Part shown: positions 1 through 9,745 of the stretch, piece by piece
How positions within the stretch are numbered: the stretch's first letter is position 1
Layout of the letters: every line of letters starts with the position of its first letter
Assembly (NCBI GenBank): GCA_002423615.1
Contig: DIKO01000063.1
Location: 34,885-98,884, forward strand
Origin: Desulfobacteraceae bacterium UBA5616
Lineage (GTDB): Bacteria; Desulfobacterota; Desulfobacteria; Desulfobacterales; UBA5616
Reading direction: 5' to 3'
DNA length: 64,000 nucleotides
Position numbers and translations under genes: made by a program
The notes under the pieces: generated by a model
What the model saw: only the letters and a program-made list of their open reading frames with translations
Database searches by the model: none
Told to the model about the DNA's origin: nothing

Positions 1-780
1 GCCGTCCAAATCCGTTTCTACCTTTATCCCCGTCCGGTCGGAAAAACGCCTGACACACCAGTTAATGGCAGCGGCGAGACCGTACTCCTCAATCCCCACG
101 GGGCGAAGCCTTGCCATAACATCCCGGATATGCTCGGTGGTTTCGCCCAAAAGTCTGATGGAATCATCCATGACCCTTTTGGTCTTTTTGGCCATACCAT
201 CGGGTAGATAGCCCTGCAGAAGAGATAAATTCAGATTCAGGGCCGACAGGTTCTGTCCCACCCGGTCGTGAAGTTCCCTGGCGATGGCTTTTCTTAAATC
301 TTCCTCCACTTCCTTGAGCCGGACGGTCAAGGCCCTGAGCCGACTCTCGGAATTTTTCAGTGCTGTTTCAGCACGGTTCCTGTCGGCAAGCAGTTCTCTC
401 TCCCGGATGACCCGTTTCAGGCGAACAATGAATTCATGGTTATGGAAGGGCTTGGCGATAAAATCCTTTGCCCCCGCCGCGATAATCTTATCAAAGGTGT
501 ATTCCCTGGTATGGCCGGTAATGACAATTGAATCGACATCAAACCGTCTCTTGGCTTCGGCAGCCAGCTCAATCCCATCCATACCGGTCATGGCGACATC
601 GGTGATCATGACGTCCACCGGCGTTTCCGTCAATATGGCCAGTGCCTCTTCTCCGCTTGAGGCGGACAGGCACTGAAAACCGATCTCGGCCATAATCTGG
701 CTGACGACCACCCGGTAAGGCTCCTCATCATCGACGAATAGAATCCGGTATTTTCGGCACCCCGCTGATGTCCCAGTCAT
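1..780 (-). CDS. Hybrid two-component protein: REC receiver domain + HisKA_3-type sensor histidine kinase (partial; C-terminus lies beyond window edge)
   Basis: Minus-strand frame is open from ATG at 780-778 to position 1 (260 codons). It is absent from the ORF track because there is no stop in the window. Translation starts MTGTSAGCRKYRILFVDDEEPYR...DVMITDVAMTGMDG...AKPF (receiver domain), followed by a coiled coil, then the H-box ARELHDRVGQNLSAL typical of NarX/DegS-type (HisKA_3) kinases. Confidence 0.8.
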   Translation of the reverse strand, partial: MTGTSAGCRKYRILFVDDEEPYRVVVSQIMAEIGFQCLSASSGEEALAILTETPVDVMITDVAMTGMDGIELAAEAKRRFDVDSIVITGHTREYTFDKIIAAGAKDFIAKPFHNHEFIVRLKRVIRERELLADRNRAETALKNSESRLRALTVRLKEVEEDLRKAIARELHDRVGQNLSALNLNLSLLQGYLPDGMAKKTKRVMDDSIRLLGETTEHIRDVMARLRPVGIEEYGLAAAINWCVRRFSDRTGIKVETDLDG

Positions 781-978
781 TTTGCCCATTTTTATCCGAT
801 TAAAAGTTTTTTTCATTGAAAAACGGCCAGGATATTGCCTATTGTCTTTACAAAAAAAAATTGACAAATCCAAGCATTAATTTGTTTCATAAGATCAGCC
901 GACGTTCTGACGGCAAAGACAGCACACAGCGATATCAATCAATAATAGGTTATTTTATGGATACGGGGGATCAAAAGG

Positions 979-1910
979 ATGCTCCAGAGCTCAGCCGGGA
1001 TACCGGCTTTCATTTTTATGGCCTTCCTTATCAGTGAGAATCGCCGACAGGTGAGTTTCAGGATCGTGGCGACGGGCGTCCTGGTGCAACTGGTCGTTGG
1101 ATTTATCCTTCTGAGACTTCCTGTGTTCAGGGACTTTTTCCTTATGCTCAACCGGGCTGTATTGTCTCTGGAAGAATCCACAACAGCAGGCACTTCCTTT
1201 GTATTCGGTTACCTCGGCGGGTCCGAACTTCCCTTTGATGAAAAAATCCCCGGTGCTTCATTTATCCTGGCCTTCAGAGCACTCCCGCTGGTTCTGGTGA
1301 TGAGCGCTTTGTCATCCCTGTTGTTTTACTGGAAGATACTGCCCGCGATCGTAAAGGGTTTTTCCTGGGCGCTAAGACGAACCATGAAGCTGGGGGGAGC
1401 CGGGGGCCTGGGTCTTTCCGCCAATATTTTTGTGGGCATGGTGGAATCTCCTTTGTTCATTCGCCCTTATATCGGCAGGATGACGAGAAGCGAGCTTTTT
1501 TCGATCATGACCTGCGGCATGGCTACCATTGCAGGAACGGTGATGGTCCTGTACGCGGGGATCCTGGGAGATCTCATTCCCGACATCATGGGACATATTC
1601 TAACAGCCTCGATTATCAGCGTCCCTGCCGCCGTTACCATCGCCAAAATCATGGTCCCGGAAACCGATTCGCCTACCTGGAAATGGCCCGGTTGGGGAAA
1701 GATGCCTTAAGCGATAGAACCTTTCTCATCATGACTTACACCATGTGTGGTTTCGCCAACCCGGGCAGCCTGGGGATCATGATCGGTGGATTGGGAACCA
1801 TGGCGCCTGAAAGACGGGATGAAATCCTATCCCTCGGGTTCCGTTCCATCATGGCCGGCACCCTGGCCACTTGCATGACCGGCGCCGTAGTGGGCATCAT
1901 CAGCGGCTGA
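979..1910 (+). pseudogene. nupC: NupC/CNT-family concentrative nucleoside transporter, disrupted by frameshift plus internal deletion
   Basis: Two overlapping ORFs lie in different frames (979-1710 and 1683-1910). The first has the CNT N-terminal/central region (LISENRRQVSFRIVATGVLVQL...GMATIAGTVMVLYAG...AKIMVPETD). The second has the conserved C-terminal end (TYTMCGFANPGSLGIMIGGLGTMAPERR). Combined length is about 310 aa, against about 400 aa for the family as I recall it. Confidence 0.6.
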
Positions 1911-2123
1911 ATCACCTGACCCGTGCACCAGGCGGAATGTCCCGGGAGCGATCGGATCCTGTAGTTTCCTGAAAAAAGACTCAAACGGCATAAGGTTTTC
2001 CGTAACACCGGAATGACTCCCCATCAGAATATAACATCTTATAAATTAAGATAAATTTTTGATCTCACTTTAAAAAGCAATTCGATGTTCCATAAAAAAA
2101 ATGATGAATATTGATCAATACCC

Positions 2124-2153
2124 TTGACAAAATGGGAAGAAATTTTTTATGGT
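2124..2153 (+). promoter_or_regulatory. Candidate sigma70-type promoter upstream of the NlpC/P60 gene
   Basis: TTGACA (2124-2129), 18-nt spacer, TATGGT (2148-2153), in an AT-rich intergenic region about 135 nt upstream of the ATG. Motif match only. Confidence 0.3.
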
Positions 2154-2288
2154 CGCCGGAAATTGAAAAAATACATTAACTTTTAATCGAGGTGGAAGCT
2201 GCGATCCCGGTTCTTCTCCAGGGTTGCGAGGACGTAGATCATAAAATCACCTTATTTTAATAAATCTCATAAGACATTCATCAGCAAA

Positions 2289-3437
2289 ATGCCTTATTTC
2301 TGTAACTTCCGATATCATGTCCTGACGTTGGTTCTGCTCGCTGCAATCCTTCAATTGCCTTTAGCGCCAACCTGTTTCGCGGAGCTGAAAAAACACCGGG
2401 ATAAAAAAATTTCCTTTTCTCAGCCGCGAATCTATTCAGATTCGGATCTGGAACAAAACCCTGAAGAAGACCTCTTTGAAAATGCCGTAAATGAATACCT
2501 GGGTGTGCCTTATCGGCGTGGCGGGTCCGGGAACAAGGGCTTCGACTGTTCCGGATTGACGCGTAAATTGTATCTCGAAATCTACGGCATTAACCTTCCC
2601 CATAATTCCGCCGCTCAGTGCAGGCTGAATATTTTTGACCGGGTTCCCTTGAACCCGGATGCCTTTGAATCAAGGGACCTTCTGTTCTTTCAAAGCAAAA
2701 ACAAGAGAATCAACCATGTGGGGATATACCTCGAGAACGGAAAATTCCTCCATGCCACCAGTGGGAAGGGGGTAACCGTATCCGATCTGAACGATTCTTA
2801 CTGGAAAAGACGGCTGGTCGCCTCCAGGAGGATCAAGGATGCGATAGCGACCCGGCCATCAGGCGGTTTTGATTCATTATACGAAGACAGTTCGGGGACT
2901 TATGCAAACGACATTAATTTGGGATATTCCGCGGATATCCACCAAAATCTCAACCTTAAAATCGAAACGTTTTATTCGGGTTCTTTTTTAACACCCGATT
3001 TTTTCCTCGAACAGTCATCGCGCCTTGAGAAAGATATGCTTCTGGGAAGCTGGTTCGGCTTACGGGCCGAAACGGCTTTTCAACCGGCCCGGTGGCTTAA
3101 GATTACGCCGTCCATAGAAGCCCTGGACGGTTTATCCTGGAACAACGAAATTAATGACCGCTCATGGAAGGTATACGGGCTGGAAACAGCCATTAAACCC
3201 ATATCATCCCAATGGTCTTTTGTCCTTTCCCTGCACTCTCTCTTAAGTGAAAATTACGAAGAAGCCGAGAAGGAGGACGGGGATACGGACATTGGGCTGC
3301 ATATTAATTACCGGGTTTCCAACAGCATGCGTTTTTCCATCACCGGCAACTGGGAAGGCTCCTATCTGTTGCGGGACAAGGAAATCGCCAGCCTGACGCA
3401 TGACCTTCTGTATTTCAACATGTTCCTGACTTTCTAA
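2289..3437 (+). CDS. Secreted NlpC/P60 (C40) cell-wall endopeptidase with C-terminal putative outer-membrane beta-barrel domain
   Basis: Signal peptide (VLTLVLLAAILQLPLAPTCFA). NlpC/P60 core with catalytic Cys (GFDCSGLTRKLY) and His (INHVGIYLENGKFLHAT). The C-terminal ~190 aa has alternating-hydrophobic strands and ends ...LLYFNMFLTF. Confidence 0.8.
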   Translation: MPYFCNFRYHVLTLVLLAAILQLPLAPTCFAELKKHRDKKISFSQPRIYSDSDLEQNPEEDLFENAVNEYLGVPYRRGGSGNKGFDCSGLTRKLYLEIYGINLPHNSAAQCRLNIFDRVPLNPDAFESRDLLFFQSKNKRINHVGIYLENGKFLHATSGKGVTVSDLNDSYWKRRLVASRRIKDAIATRPSGGFDSLYEDSSGTYANDINLGYSADIHQNLNLKIETFYSGSFLTPDFFLEQSSRLEKDMLLGSWFGLRAETAFQPARWLKITPSIEALDGLSWNNEINDRSWKVYGLETAIKPISSQWSFVLSLHSLLSENYEEAEKEDGDTDIGLHINYRVSNSMRFSITGNWEGSYLLRDKEIASLTHDLLYFNMFLTF

Positions 3438-3476
3438 TACCTGCTGTGACGTAAATACTTCATTCGGCATTTCATA

Positions 3477-4472
3477 TTAGTCCGTGTATTCACCCGCCCG
3501 GTGGCATGCCGCAAGATGCCCCCCCTGATCTTTTGCCCCGGTCATGGCCTCCAGCATGGGCTCTTCGTGATAACACCGCTCGATGGCTATAGGGCACCGG
3601 GTGTGGAATCGACATCCCGGTGGGGGATGTATGGGCGACGGGATCTCTCCGGAAAGGATTATCCGTTTTCCGCGGGTCATTGGGTCCGGTATGGGAATGG
3701 CGGATATCAGTGCCCGGGTATAGGGGTGAAGCGGTCTTTCATAAAGGGCATCGGCATCGGCATATTCTACGATTTTACCGAGATACATCACAGCGGTGTG
3801 GTCTGAAAGATGTTTGACCACAGCCAGGTCATGCGCAATGAAAAGATACGTGAGATTCATCTCCTGCTGAAGCTCGAGAAGCAGATTCAAAATCTGCGAC
3901 TGAATGGACACATCCAGAGCGGAGACCGGTTCATCACAGACGACCAGTTCGGGATTCAACGCAATGGCCCTTGCGATACCGATGCGCTGGCGCTGCCCCC
4001 CGCTGAATTCATGGGGGAATTGTTCCACGGCCTGCTGCTGAATTCCCACCCGGGCGAGAAGTTCCCTGACCCGTTCTCTCCGCTCCCGGGCGCTGCCGAT
4101 GCGGTGTATCAAAAACGGTTCTTCCAGAATGTTGCCGACTGTATGACGAGAATTCAGGGATTCAAAGGGATCCTGAAATATCATCTGCAAGTTTCTCCGA
4201 ACCTGACGGAATTCCTTTCGGGGGAGGATGGAAATGTCCCTGTTTTTAAAGACCACTTGCCCGGAGGTGGGGCGATACAGCCTTAATATTCCTCTTCCGA
4301 CGGTTGTCTTCCCGCACCCGGACTCCCCCACCAGCCCAAGGGTCTCTCCGGGCCGGATGGCGAAAGTCACACCGTCAACCGCATAAACACTTCCGGTTTT
4401 CCGTAAAAAAAGACCCCGAAAGATGGGAAAATGGATTTTGAGATCATTCACCGTCAACAAAAACTCTGACAT
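3477..4472 (-). CDS. Peptide ABC transporter ATP-binding protein (OppF/DppF type)
   Basis: Walker [10 protein letters not shown], signature FSGGQRQR, Walker [12 protein letters not shown], and the oligopeptide-type C-terminal Cys-containing extension. GAGGA RBS. Confidence 0.92.
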   Translation of the reverse strand: MSEFLLTVNDLKIHFPIFRGLFLRKTGSVYAVDGVTFAIRPGETLGLVGESGCGKTTVGRGILRLYRPTSGQVVFKNRDISILPRKEFRQVRRNLQMIFQDPFESLNSRHTVGNILEEPFLIHRIGSARERRERVRELLARVGIQQQAVEQFPHEFSGGQRQRIGIARAIALNPELVVCDEPVSALDVSIQSQILNLLLELQQEMNLTYLFIAHDLAVVKHLSDHTAVMYLGKIVEYADADALYERPLHPYTRALISAIPIPDPMTRGKRIILSGEIPSPIHPPPGCRFHTRCPIAIERCYHEEPMLEAMTGAKDQGGHLAACHRAGEYTD

Positions 4473-4473
4473 T

Positions 4474-5478
4474 TCAATGTCCTCGGGGATAAAGATAGCA
4501 GCAGACCGTATGCCCCTGATTCATGCGTGTTGCTTTGGGATAGGCTGATTTACACACCGCCATGGCGTATGGACATCTGTTCTCAAAACGGCATCCCTGA
4601 GGCAGCTCATAAAGACTGGGCACCATGCCGGATATCACGTTGAGCTTTTTCTTCCGTGGTCCATCCAGCCGGGGAATGGATAAGAGCAGGCCCTTGGTAT
4701 AAGGATGGGCGGGGTGGTGAAACAAATCCTGAACCCCCGCCTTTTCGGCGATTTTCCCGGCATACATCACGACAACGTCGTCACAAACCTGAGCGATGAC
4801 CCCCAGGTCATGGGTAATGAAAATCACGGCCATGCCCGTTTCGTCCTGCAAGTTCCGGATCAGATCCAGGATCTGAGCCTGAATGGTGACGTCCAGGGCC
4901 GTTGTGGGCTCATCGGCAATCAACACGTCTGGTTTTCCGGCAAGGGCCATGGCGATCATCACCCGCTGGCGCATGCCTCCGGAAATCTGGTGGGGATATT
5001 CATGGATGCGTCGTCCGGGATCGGCGATGCCCACCCGGTCAAACAGGGAGAGGGTTTGCTCACGGATCTGCCCATTGGCCATCTCCGGGAAGTGAATGCG
5101 AAACACCTCATCCATTTGTTTCCCGATTTTATGCACTGGATTTAAGGCCGTCATGGGTTCCTGGAAAATCATGGCGATACGTTTTCCCCGGACGTGGTAC
5201 ATTTCTTCCCGCGCCAGAGTTAGAAGATCCATATCCTCAAGCCTGACGGCCCCTTCTTCAATAACGCCGGACGGCTTCGGCAAAAGCCGCATGATGGATA
5301 GGGCGGTAACACTTTTTCCGCACCCGGACTCCCCGACGATGCCCAGGGTTTTCCCTTTTCTCACCCTGAACCCTACATCGTCAACGGCCCTGATCCGTCC
5401 GGCTTCCGTGTCAAATGAGGCGACCAGGCCTTCGACGGATAATATGACGTCTGTTTCCATGGAATCGGGGATCTTCAC
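4474..5478 (-). CDS. Peptide ABC transporter ATP-binding protein (OppD/DppD type)
   Basis: Walker [10 protein letters not shown], signature ISGGMRQR, Walker [15 protein letters not shown] start overlaps the stop of the upstream SBP gene. An alternative ATG lies at 5460. Confidence 0.9.
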   Translation of the reverse strand: MKIPDSMETDVILSVEGLVASFDTEAGRIRAVDDVGFRVRKGKTLGIVGESGCGKSVTALSIMRLLPKPSGVIEEGAVRLEDMDLLTLAREEMYHVRGKRIAMIFQEPMTALNPVHKIGKQMDEVFRIHFPEMANGQIREQTLSLFDRVGIADPGRRIHEYPHQISGGMRQRVMIAMALAGKPDVLIADEPTTALDVTIQAQILDLIRNLQDETGMAVIFITHDLGVIAQVCDDVVVMYAGKIAEKAGVQDLFHHPAHPYTKGLLLSIPRLDGPRKKKLNVISGMVPSLYELPQGCRFENRCPYAMAVCKSAYPKATRMNQGHTVCCYLYPRGH

Positions 5479-7397
5479 CTTATTTTATAGGTTTCATCCA
5501 CAAGCGTGACCGGATCGAAGGCCCTGCCCGCAGCCATGGCCTCCCTGGTCTCTTCGTACAGGGCCTTGTCATACCAGAAAAGCCCCCCCGTCGTGCTGCT
5601 GAAGGGGTCAAAGAGACTCAGGGTATGCCGGGTTCCAGGGACTTTGGGCAGACGCCACCACCGCCAACAGGCCTCCCTGACATAAGGCACCCTAAAGGTG
5701 GGTACAAAACACCCGGTTTCATGGATTTTCTCCTGAATTTTCCAGGATAGCGCTATCCGTTCCTTTTCATCCAGGGAGTTCCGGTAGGCATCGATGAGCC
5801 TGTCCATTTCCGGATCATCCGTATTGGTAATATTATTGGTCTGGGGGATATGGGCGTTGGCGGAATGAAAATGCTCCCAGTACTGGGGCCTTAAGGAAGT
5901 GCTCCAGCCCATCCACGCGACATCATGCTTCTTCTCCAGTACTTTTTTGAACATGGCGGAGCCATCCATCTGCTGCAGCCGCAATTCAATGCCCGCTTTT
6001 TTGGCTTCCTCCTTCAGAACCACTATCCTGGGAGTATGCTCATCCAGGGAATAAACCACTTCAACGCTGAATCGGTTCGGCCCCTTGACCCAGATACCGT
6101 CCTCACCCTTTTTCCAACCCGAAGCCGTCATGATTTCTTCGACCTTAAGGAGGTCCCACCGGCGAGCCTTGACGTGGGGGTTGGTGTAAGGGCCATATCC
6201 CATAAATCCCTGTTCCAGGCGCTCATAGTCGTTGCGGAGCACCTGCTCGATCACTTTCTCGATATTCATGGCGTGGGCAAAGGCGTACCGAAGATTTTTA
6301 TCCTTGAAAATTTCCTTGTCCTGGTTCAGCCACATGCCCTGGGCGGATTGCTGGGTATCGTTGTAAAACCATATTTTCCGGACATAACCCTTTTCGACCA
6401 CCGGGGTCTTTGATTTTTCATACCAGTACTTGGGAATGGTCATTCCGAAAACATCCTGCTTGGCTTTTTTGAAATACTCCCACTGGATGTTGGAATCCCG
6501 GACCACTTCATAAACCACCTCGTCCACATTGTACCGATTCTTGAAATACTTCATATTTTTTCCCCACCAGTCTTCCTTCCGCCTCAACTTGACGAATTTC
6601 CCCTTCTTGAACTCCCGGATCTGATAGGGGCCGGTATTGGGTTCAATTTCCCAGTTGTATTTCTTGACGAAATCCTCCGAAAGCACCCCGTAAAAATGTT
6701 TCGGCGTCGGCGAAATGCCGAGTTTCAGGTAAAGGTCCGGTTCAGCCTTGGTTCCCACCACGGCGATGGTATAATCATCATAAATAATCACCCTGTCGAT
6801 TTCCCGGGTATAATAATCGTTGTACCACGGAGCGATGATATGTTTGGATCTCATGAATTCAAGGGTGTAGGCAAAATCCGCGGCCGTCACCGGATAGCCG
6901 TCGGACCACCTGGCCTCGGGATTCAGTTTGAAGTACATGGTTTTTTTGTCTTTGCCGAAGGCCCAGTGGGTGGCGATTTCCGGGATGATGTTCATGGTAT
7001 TGGGATGAATACCGATCAGGCTGAAGGCATTGCTCCGCAGGACCCCGGCGAAACTGCCGTTGGAATCCGGTCCCACCATTCGGAAGGTCATGGGAAAACT
7101 GATCAGCGAATCCCTGAAAACCCCGCCTTTCCGGGCCTCCGGCGAGGCAAAAACCGGATCTTCCTCATTGGTCAGCCAATTTATATCTTCCGGAAGCCCG
7201 GGTCTTTCGCCTTTGGGATGAACGGGTTCGGAAGTATCCGGCAAGGTTGCCCCATCGAAGGGTCGGTCCAGGGCGGGGCTGGTTCCTTCGGCTGGTTTTT
7301 CCGGCGTACCTTCGCTGCCGCACCCGTTAAGGAACATGACCAGGATGAACAAAACAACCGAAATTAATGCCTGATTTATCTTTCCTACTTGTCGCAT
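5475..7397 (-). CDS. Peptide ABC transporter substrate-binding lipoprotein (SBP family 5, YejA-like)
   Basis: Long family-5 solute-binding protein. The preferred start is MRQVGKINQALISVVLFILVMFLNGC (lipobox LNGC) at 7397, rather than the ORF-track start at 7493, which overlaps the permease gene by 32 nt. A Pro/Glu-rich linker follows the lipidated Cys. Confidence 0.85.
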   Translation of the reverse strand: MRQVGKINQALISVVLFILVMFLNGCGSEGTPEKPAEGTSPALDRPFDGATLPDTSEPVHPKGERPGLPEDINWLTNEEDPVFASPEARKGGVFRDSLISFPMTFRMVGPDSNGSFAGVLRSNAFSLIGIHPNTMNIIPEIATHWAFGKDKKTMYFKLNPEARWSDGYPVTAADFAYTLEFMRSKHIIAPWYNDYYTREIDRVIIYDDYTIAVVGTKAEPDLYLKLGISPTPKHFYGVLSEDFVKKYNWEIEPNTGPYQIREFKKGKFVKLRRKEDWWGKNMKYFKNRYNVDEVVYEVVRDSNIQWEYFKKAKQDVFGMTIPKYWYEKSKTPVVEKGYVRKIWFYNDTQQSAQGMWLNQDKEIFKDKNLRYAFAHAMNIEKVIEQVLRNDYERLEQGFMGYGPYTNPHVKARRWDLLKVEEIMTASGWKKGEDGIWVKGPNRFSVEVVYSLDEHTPRIVVLKEEAKKAGIELRLQQMDGSAMFKKVLEKKHDVAWMGWSTSLRPQYWEHFHSANAHIPQTNNITNTDDPEMDRLIDAYRNSLDEKERIALSWKIQEKIHETGCFVPTFRVPYVREACWRWWRLPKVPGTRHTLSLFDPFSSTTGGLFWYDKALYEETREAMAAGRAFDPVTLVDETYKIR

Positions 7398-7461
7398 GAT
7401 CGGATCCTTATATATTACACTTTTTTCGTTTAAATCCTTAAAAACTTTAAAACTGAACACC

Positions 7462-8508
7462 TTATTCATAAGTGGTATGGAACCTGGGGTCAAAGGCCTC
7501 CCGGACGGCCTCGCCGATAAAGGTGACGGTGATCAGGGTCAGGGTCATGGCGAAAATTACGGACCCTACAATCCAGTACGCGTCCATGTTGGCCCATCCC
7601 TGCTGGAGCAGTTCGCCCCAGGAAGGTGTGGGCGGCGGTAGCCCGAATCCCAGATAATCCAGAGAGGTCAGGGCGACGATTCCCCCGGAAACGGAAAAAG
7701 GGGCAAACGTCACGATGACCGATACGGCGTTGGGGATGATATGGCGGAAAATAATTCTGAAATCCGAGGCCCCCATTGCCCTGGCAGCCAGAACATACTC
7801 CCGGGCCTTCTCCTTGTAGGTCATGGTCCGCATGATCCAGGTCATACCGATCCACTCAAAAAAGGCCATAATGAGGATGAGCATCATGAAACTCGGCACA
7901 ACGATGGAGGAAATGATGATCACAACATAAAGGAACGGCACGTTGGACCATATTTCGATGATTCGCTGAAAAAAAAGATCGAACTTGCCGCCGACGAATC
8001 CCATGGCGCAGCCGATGCTGATGCCGATGGTGTAATTGGCGGCCAGCAGGCCTAAAGAAAACAGAATGGCGATCCTGAAGCCGTAGACCAGCCGGGACAG
8101 GATGTCCCGGCCTACGGTGTCGGTTCCAAGATAATGTCTGTCCTTTAAAGAAGGGGGAAAGGGCGGGTATTCATTGTCCCTCAGGTCATTCTCATAGGGG
8201 TTGTAGGGGACCGGGGGCAGCAACACCCAGTTTCCCCCCTTCCCTTGCTTAAATTCCCTGGCGAGTTCACGGTAGTTGGTCTCGTATTCATAATCCAGGC
8301 CGAAGGTTTTTCCCGTGATGATCTGCCCATAGGTGGGAAAATAGAATTTTCCATTGAAATTTACGACAATGGCCCGGTTGCTGACCAGGATCTCGGCAAA
8401 AAAGGATATCAATATCATGGAAGAAAGAATAAGGAAGGAATAGAAACCCCGCTTGATGGAGGAAAAACGTCGGATTTTTTTAAGTGTCAATGGATTTATC
8501 GGCATCAC
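7462..8508 (-). CDS. Peptide ABC transporter permease (YejE/OppC-like)
   Basis: Long periplasmic N-terminal loop (...PPVPYNPYENDL...PPSLKDRHYLGTDTVGRDILSRL) followed by the BPD-transporter membrane domain. ATGA start/stop overlap with the upstream permease gene. Confidence 0.9.
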   Translation of the reverse strand: MMPINPLTLKKIRRFSSIKRGFYSFLILSSMILISFFAEILVSNRAIVVNFNGKFYFPTYGQIITGKTFGLDYEYETNYRELAREFKQGKGGNWVLLPPVPYNPYENDLRDNEYPPFPPSLKDRHYLGTDTVGRDILSRLVYGFRIAILFSLGLLAANYTIGISIGCAMGFVGGKFDLFFQRIIEIWSNVPFLYVVIIISSIVVPSFMMLILIMAFFEWIGMTWIMRTMTYKEKAREYVLAARAMGASDFRIIFRHIIPNAVSVIVTFAPFSVSGGIVALTSLDYLGFGLPPPTPSWGELLQQGWANMDAYWIVGSVIFAMTLTLITVTFIGEAVREAFDPRFHTTYE

Positions 8509-9536
8509 TCGAAACGAACCCTCGGATCCACGACGGCAACACAGATATCCGAAAGGATGTTGCCGATGAGAAGCAGTATGGATGAAATCACCAGGATGCC
8601 CATCACCACGGGATAGTCGCGCTCCACAATGGATTCATAACCCAATAGTCCCATTCCGTTGATGTTGAATACTTTTTCAATGAGAAAAGAACCCGTCAGA
8701 ATGATGGAAATGTTGTGACCGAAATTGGTGGCGATGGGGATCAGACTGTTTCTCAGGGCATGCCTGAACACGGCCTTTCTGAAAGGAAGTCCTTTGGCCA
8801 TGGCCGTGCGCACATAATCGGAGGACAGATTGTCCATCAGGGTGTTCTTCATCAAAAAGGTCATGACGGTAAATGATCCCGCCACGTAGGCGATAACGGG
8901 CAACACCGTATGCCGCACCAAGTCCTTTATTTTGCCAAAAAGTCCCAGACTGTCGAAATTATCGCTGATCATGCCGCCCAGGGGGAAAACCTCCCAGTGA
9001 GAGGCAAAGAGAACCAGCAACAGGACACCCACCACCCAGCCCGGTATGGCGTAGCCGATAAAAACGATTATCGAGGAAAGATTGTCAAAATGGGTTTTAT
9101 GTTTGACGGCCTTGGCGATTCCCAGGGGGATACAGACACCGTACACCATCACCATTGAAATGAAGCCGAAATACAACGAGATGGGAATCCGCTCCCGGAT
9201 CATTTCCCAGACCGGGTCATAATAACGGGTCGATACGCCGAGGTCGCCGGAGAGTACTTTCCCCAGCCAGAGGCCATAGCTGGCCATAACCGGTTTATCG
9301 AAGCCGTAATATTTTTTCAATTCTTCGATCTGTTCTTCCGAAAGGGGCTGATTTCTACCGTCCTGTGCCGACATCGGACCCGTGCCGCCCGGCATGCTCT
9401 GCATCTGCTGCGCCTGGGCGATCATGCGTTCGATCGGGCCTCCCGGAACAAATCGGGTAATGACGAACACCATGATGGTGATGCCGAGAAATGTAGGGAT
9501 GATCAACAGAAATCTTCGAAAAAAATAAACCGCCAT
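8505..9536 (-). CDS. Peptide ABC transporter permease (YejB/OppB-like)
   Basis: MAVYFFRRFLLIIPTFLGITIMVFVITRFVPGGP... is a typical OppB/DppB/YejB N-terminus. EAA-loop region present (YVRTAMAKGLPFRKAVFRHALRN). GGAGGG RBS. Confidence 0.9.
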   Translation of the reverse strand: MAVYFFRRFLLIIPTFLGITIMVFVITRFVPGGPIERMIAQAQQMQSMPGGTGPMSAQDGRNQPLSEEQIEELKKYYGFDKPVMASYGLWLGKVLSGDLGVSTRYYDPVWEMIRERIPISLYFGFISMVMVYGVCIPLGIAKAVKHKTHFDNLSSIIVFIGYAIPGWVVGVLLLVLFASHWEVFPLGGMISDNFDSLGLFGKIKDLVRHTVLPVIAYVAGSFTVMTFLMKNTLMDNLSSDYVRTAMAKGLPFRKAVFRHALRNSLIPIATNFGHNISIILTGSFLIEKVFNINGMGLLGYESIVERDYPVVMGILVISSILLLIGNILSDICVAVVDPRVRFE

Positions 9537-9685
9537 TTCCCTCCGGATCTTTGGAACGCAGAAATAAAAACGTCTTTGCGCTGATCAAATCGAGTGAAAA
9601 ATATCGAAAACGAGGAAAATGGGCAAGAGAAAAAGGAACATGCCGGGGACTTCTGGCAGAAACTGCAAAAAATCAAACCGATGGG

Positions 9686-9722
9686 CAAAAAAACGGGGGA
9701 AAGAGAGCAACTCCATTCCCCC
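9686..9722 (-). terminator. Rho-independent terminator after rpsI
   Basis: On the minus strand, GGGGGAA-N14-TTCCCCC (7-bp GC-rich stem) is followed by GTTTTTTTG, 24 nt after the rpsI stop. Confidence 0.6.
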
Positions 9723-9745
9723 ATAAAAAAAATGCCGCAGGAATT

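Noticed and set aside
2150-2288. Possible cyclic-di-AMP (ydaO) or other riboswitch in the long leader of the NlpC/P60 gene, since ydaO elements often precede cell-wall hydrolase genes.
   Set aside because: I could not find the pseudo-symmetric conserved ACGGGGA / CCCGA-type blocks or a convincing fold by eye. It is left as an unexplained AT-rich leader.
7398-7493. 5' extensions of several ORF-track models: SBP to 7493, crotonase to 35927, acyl-CoA ligase to 55614, OMF to 16758, ACD alpha to 36546, coaX to 44936.
   Set aside because: Downstream starts have better RBS, give canonical N-termini (lipoprotein signal, MEYND..., MLITEIL...), and remove overlaps with neighbouring genes.
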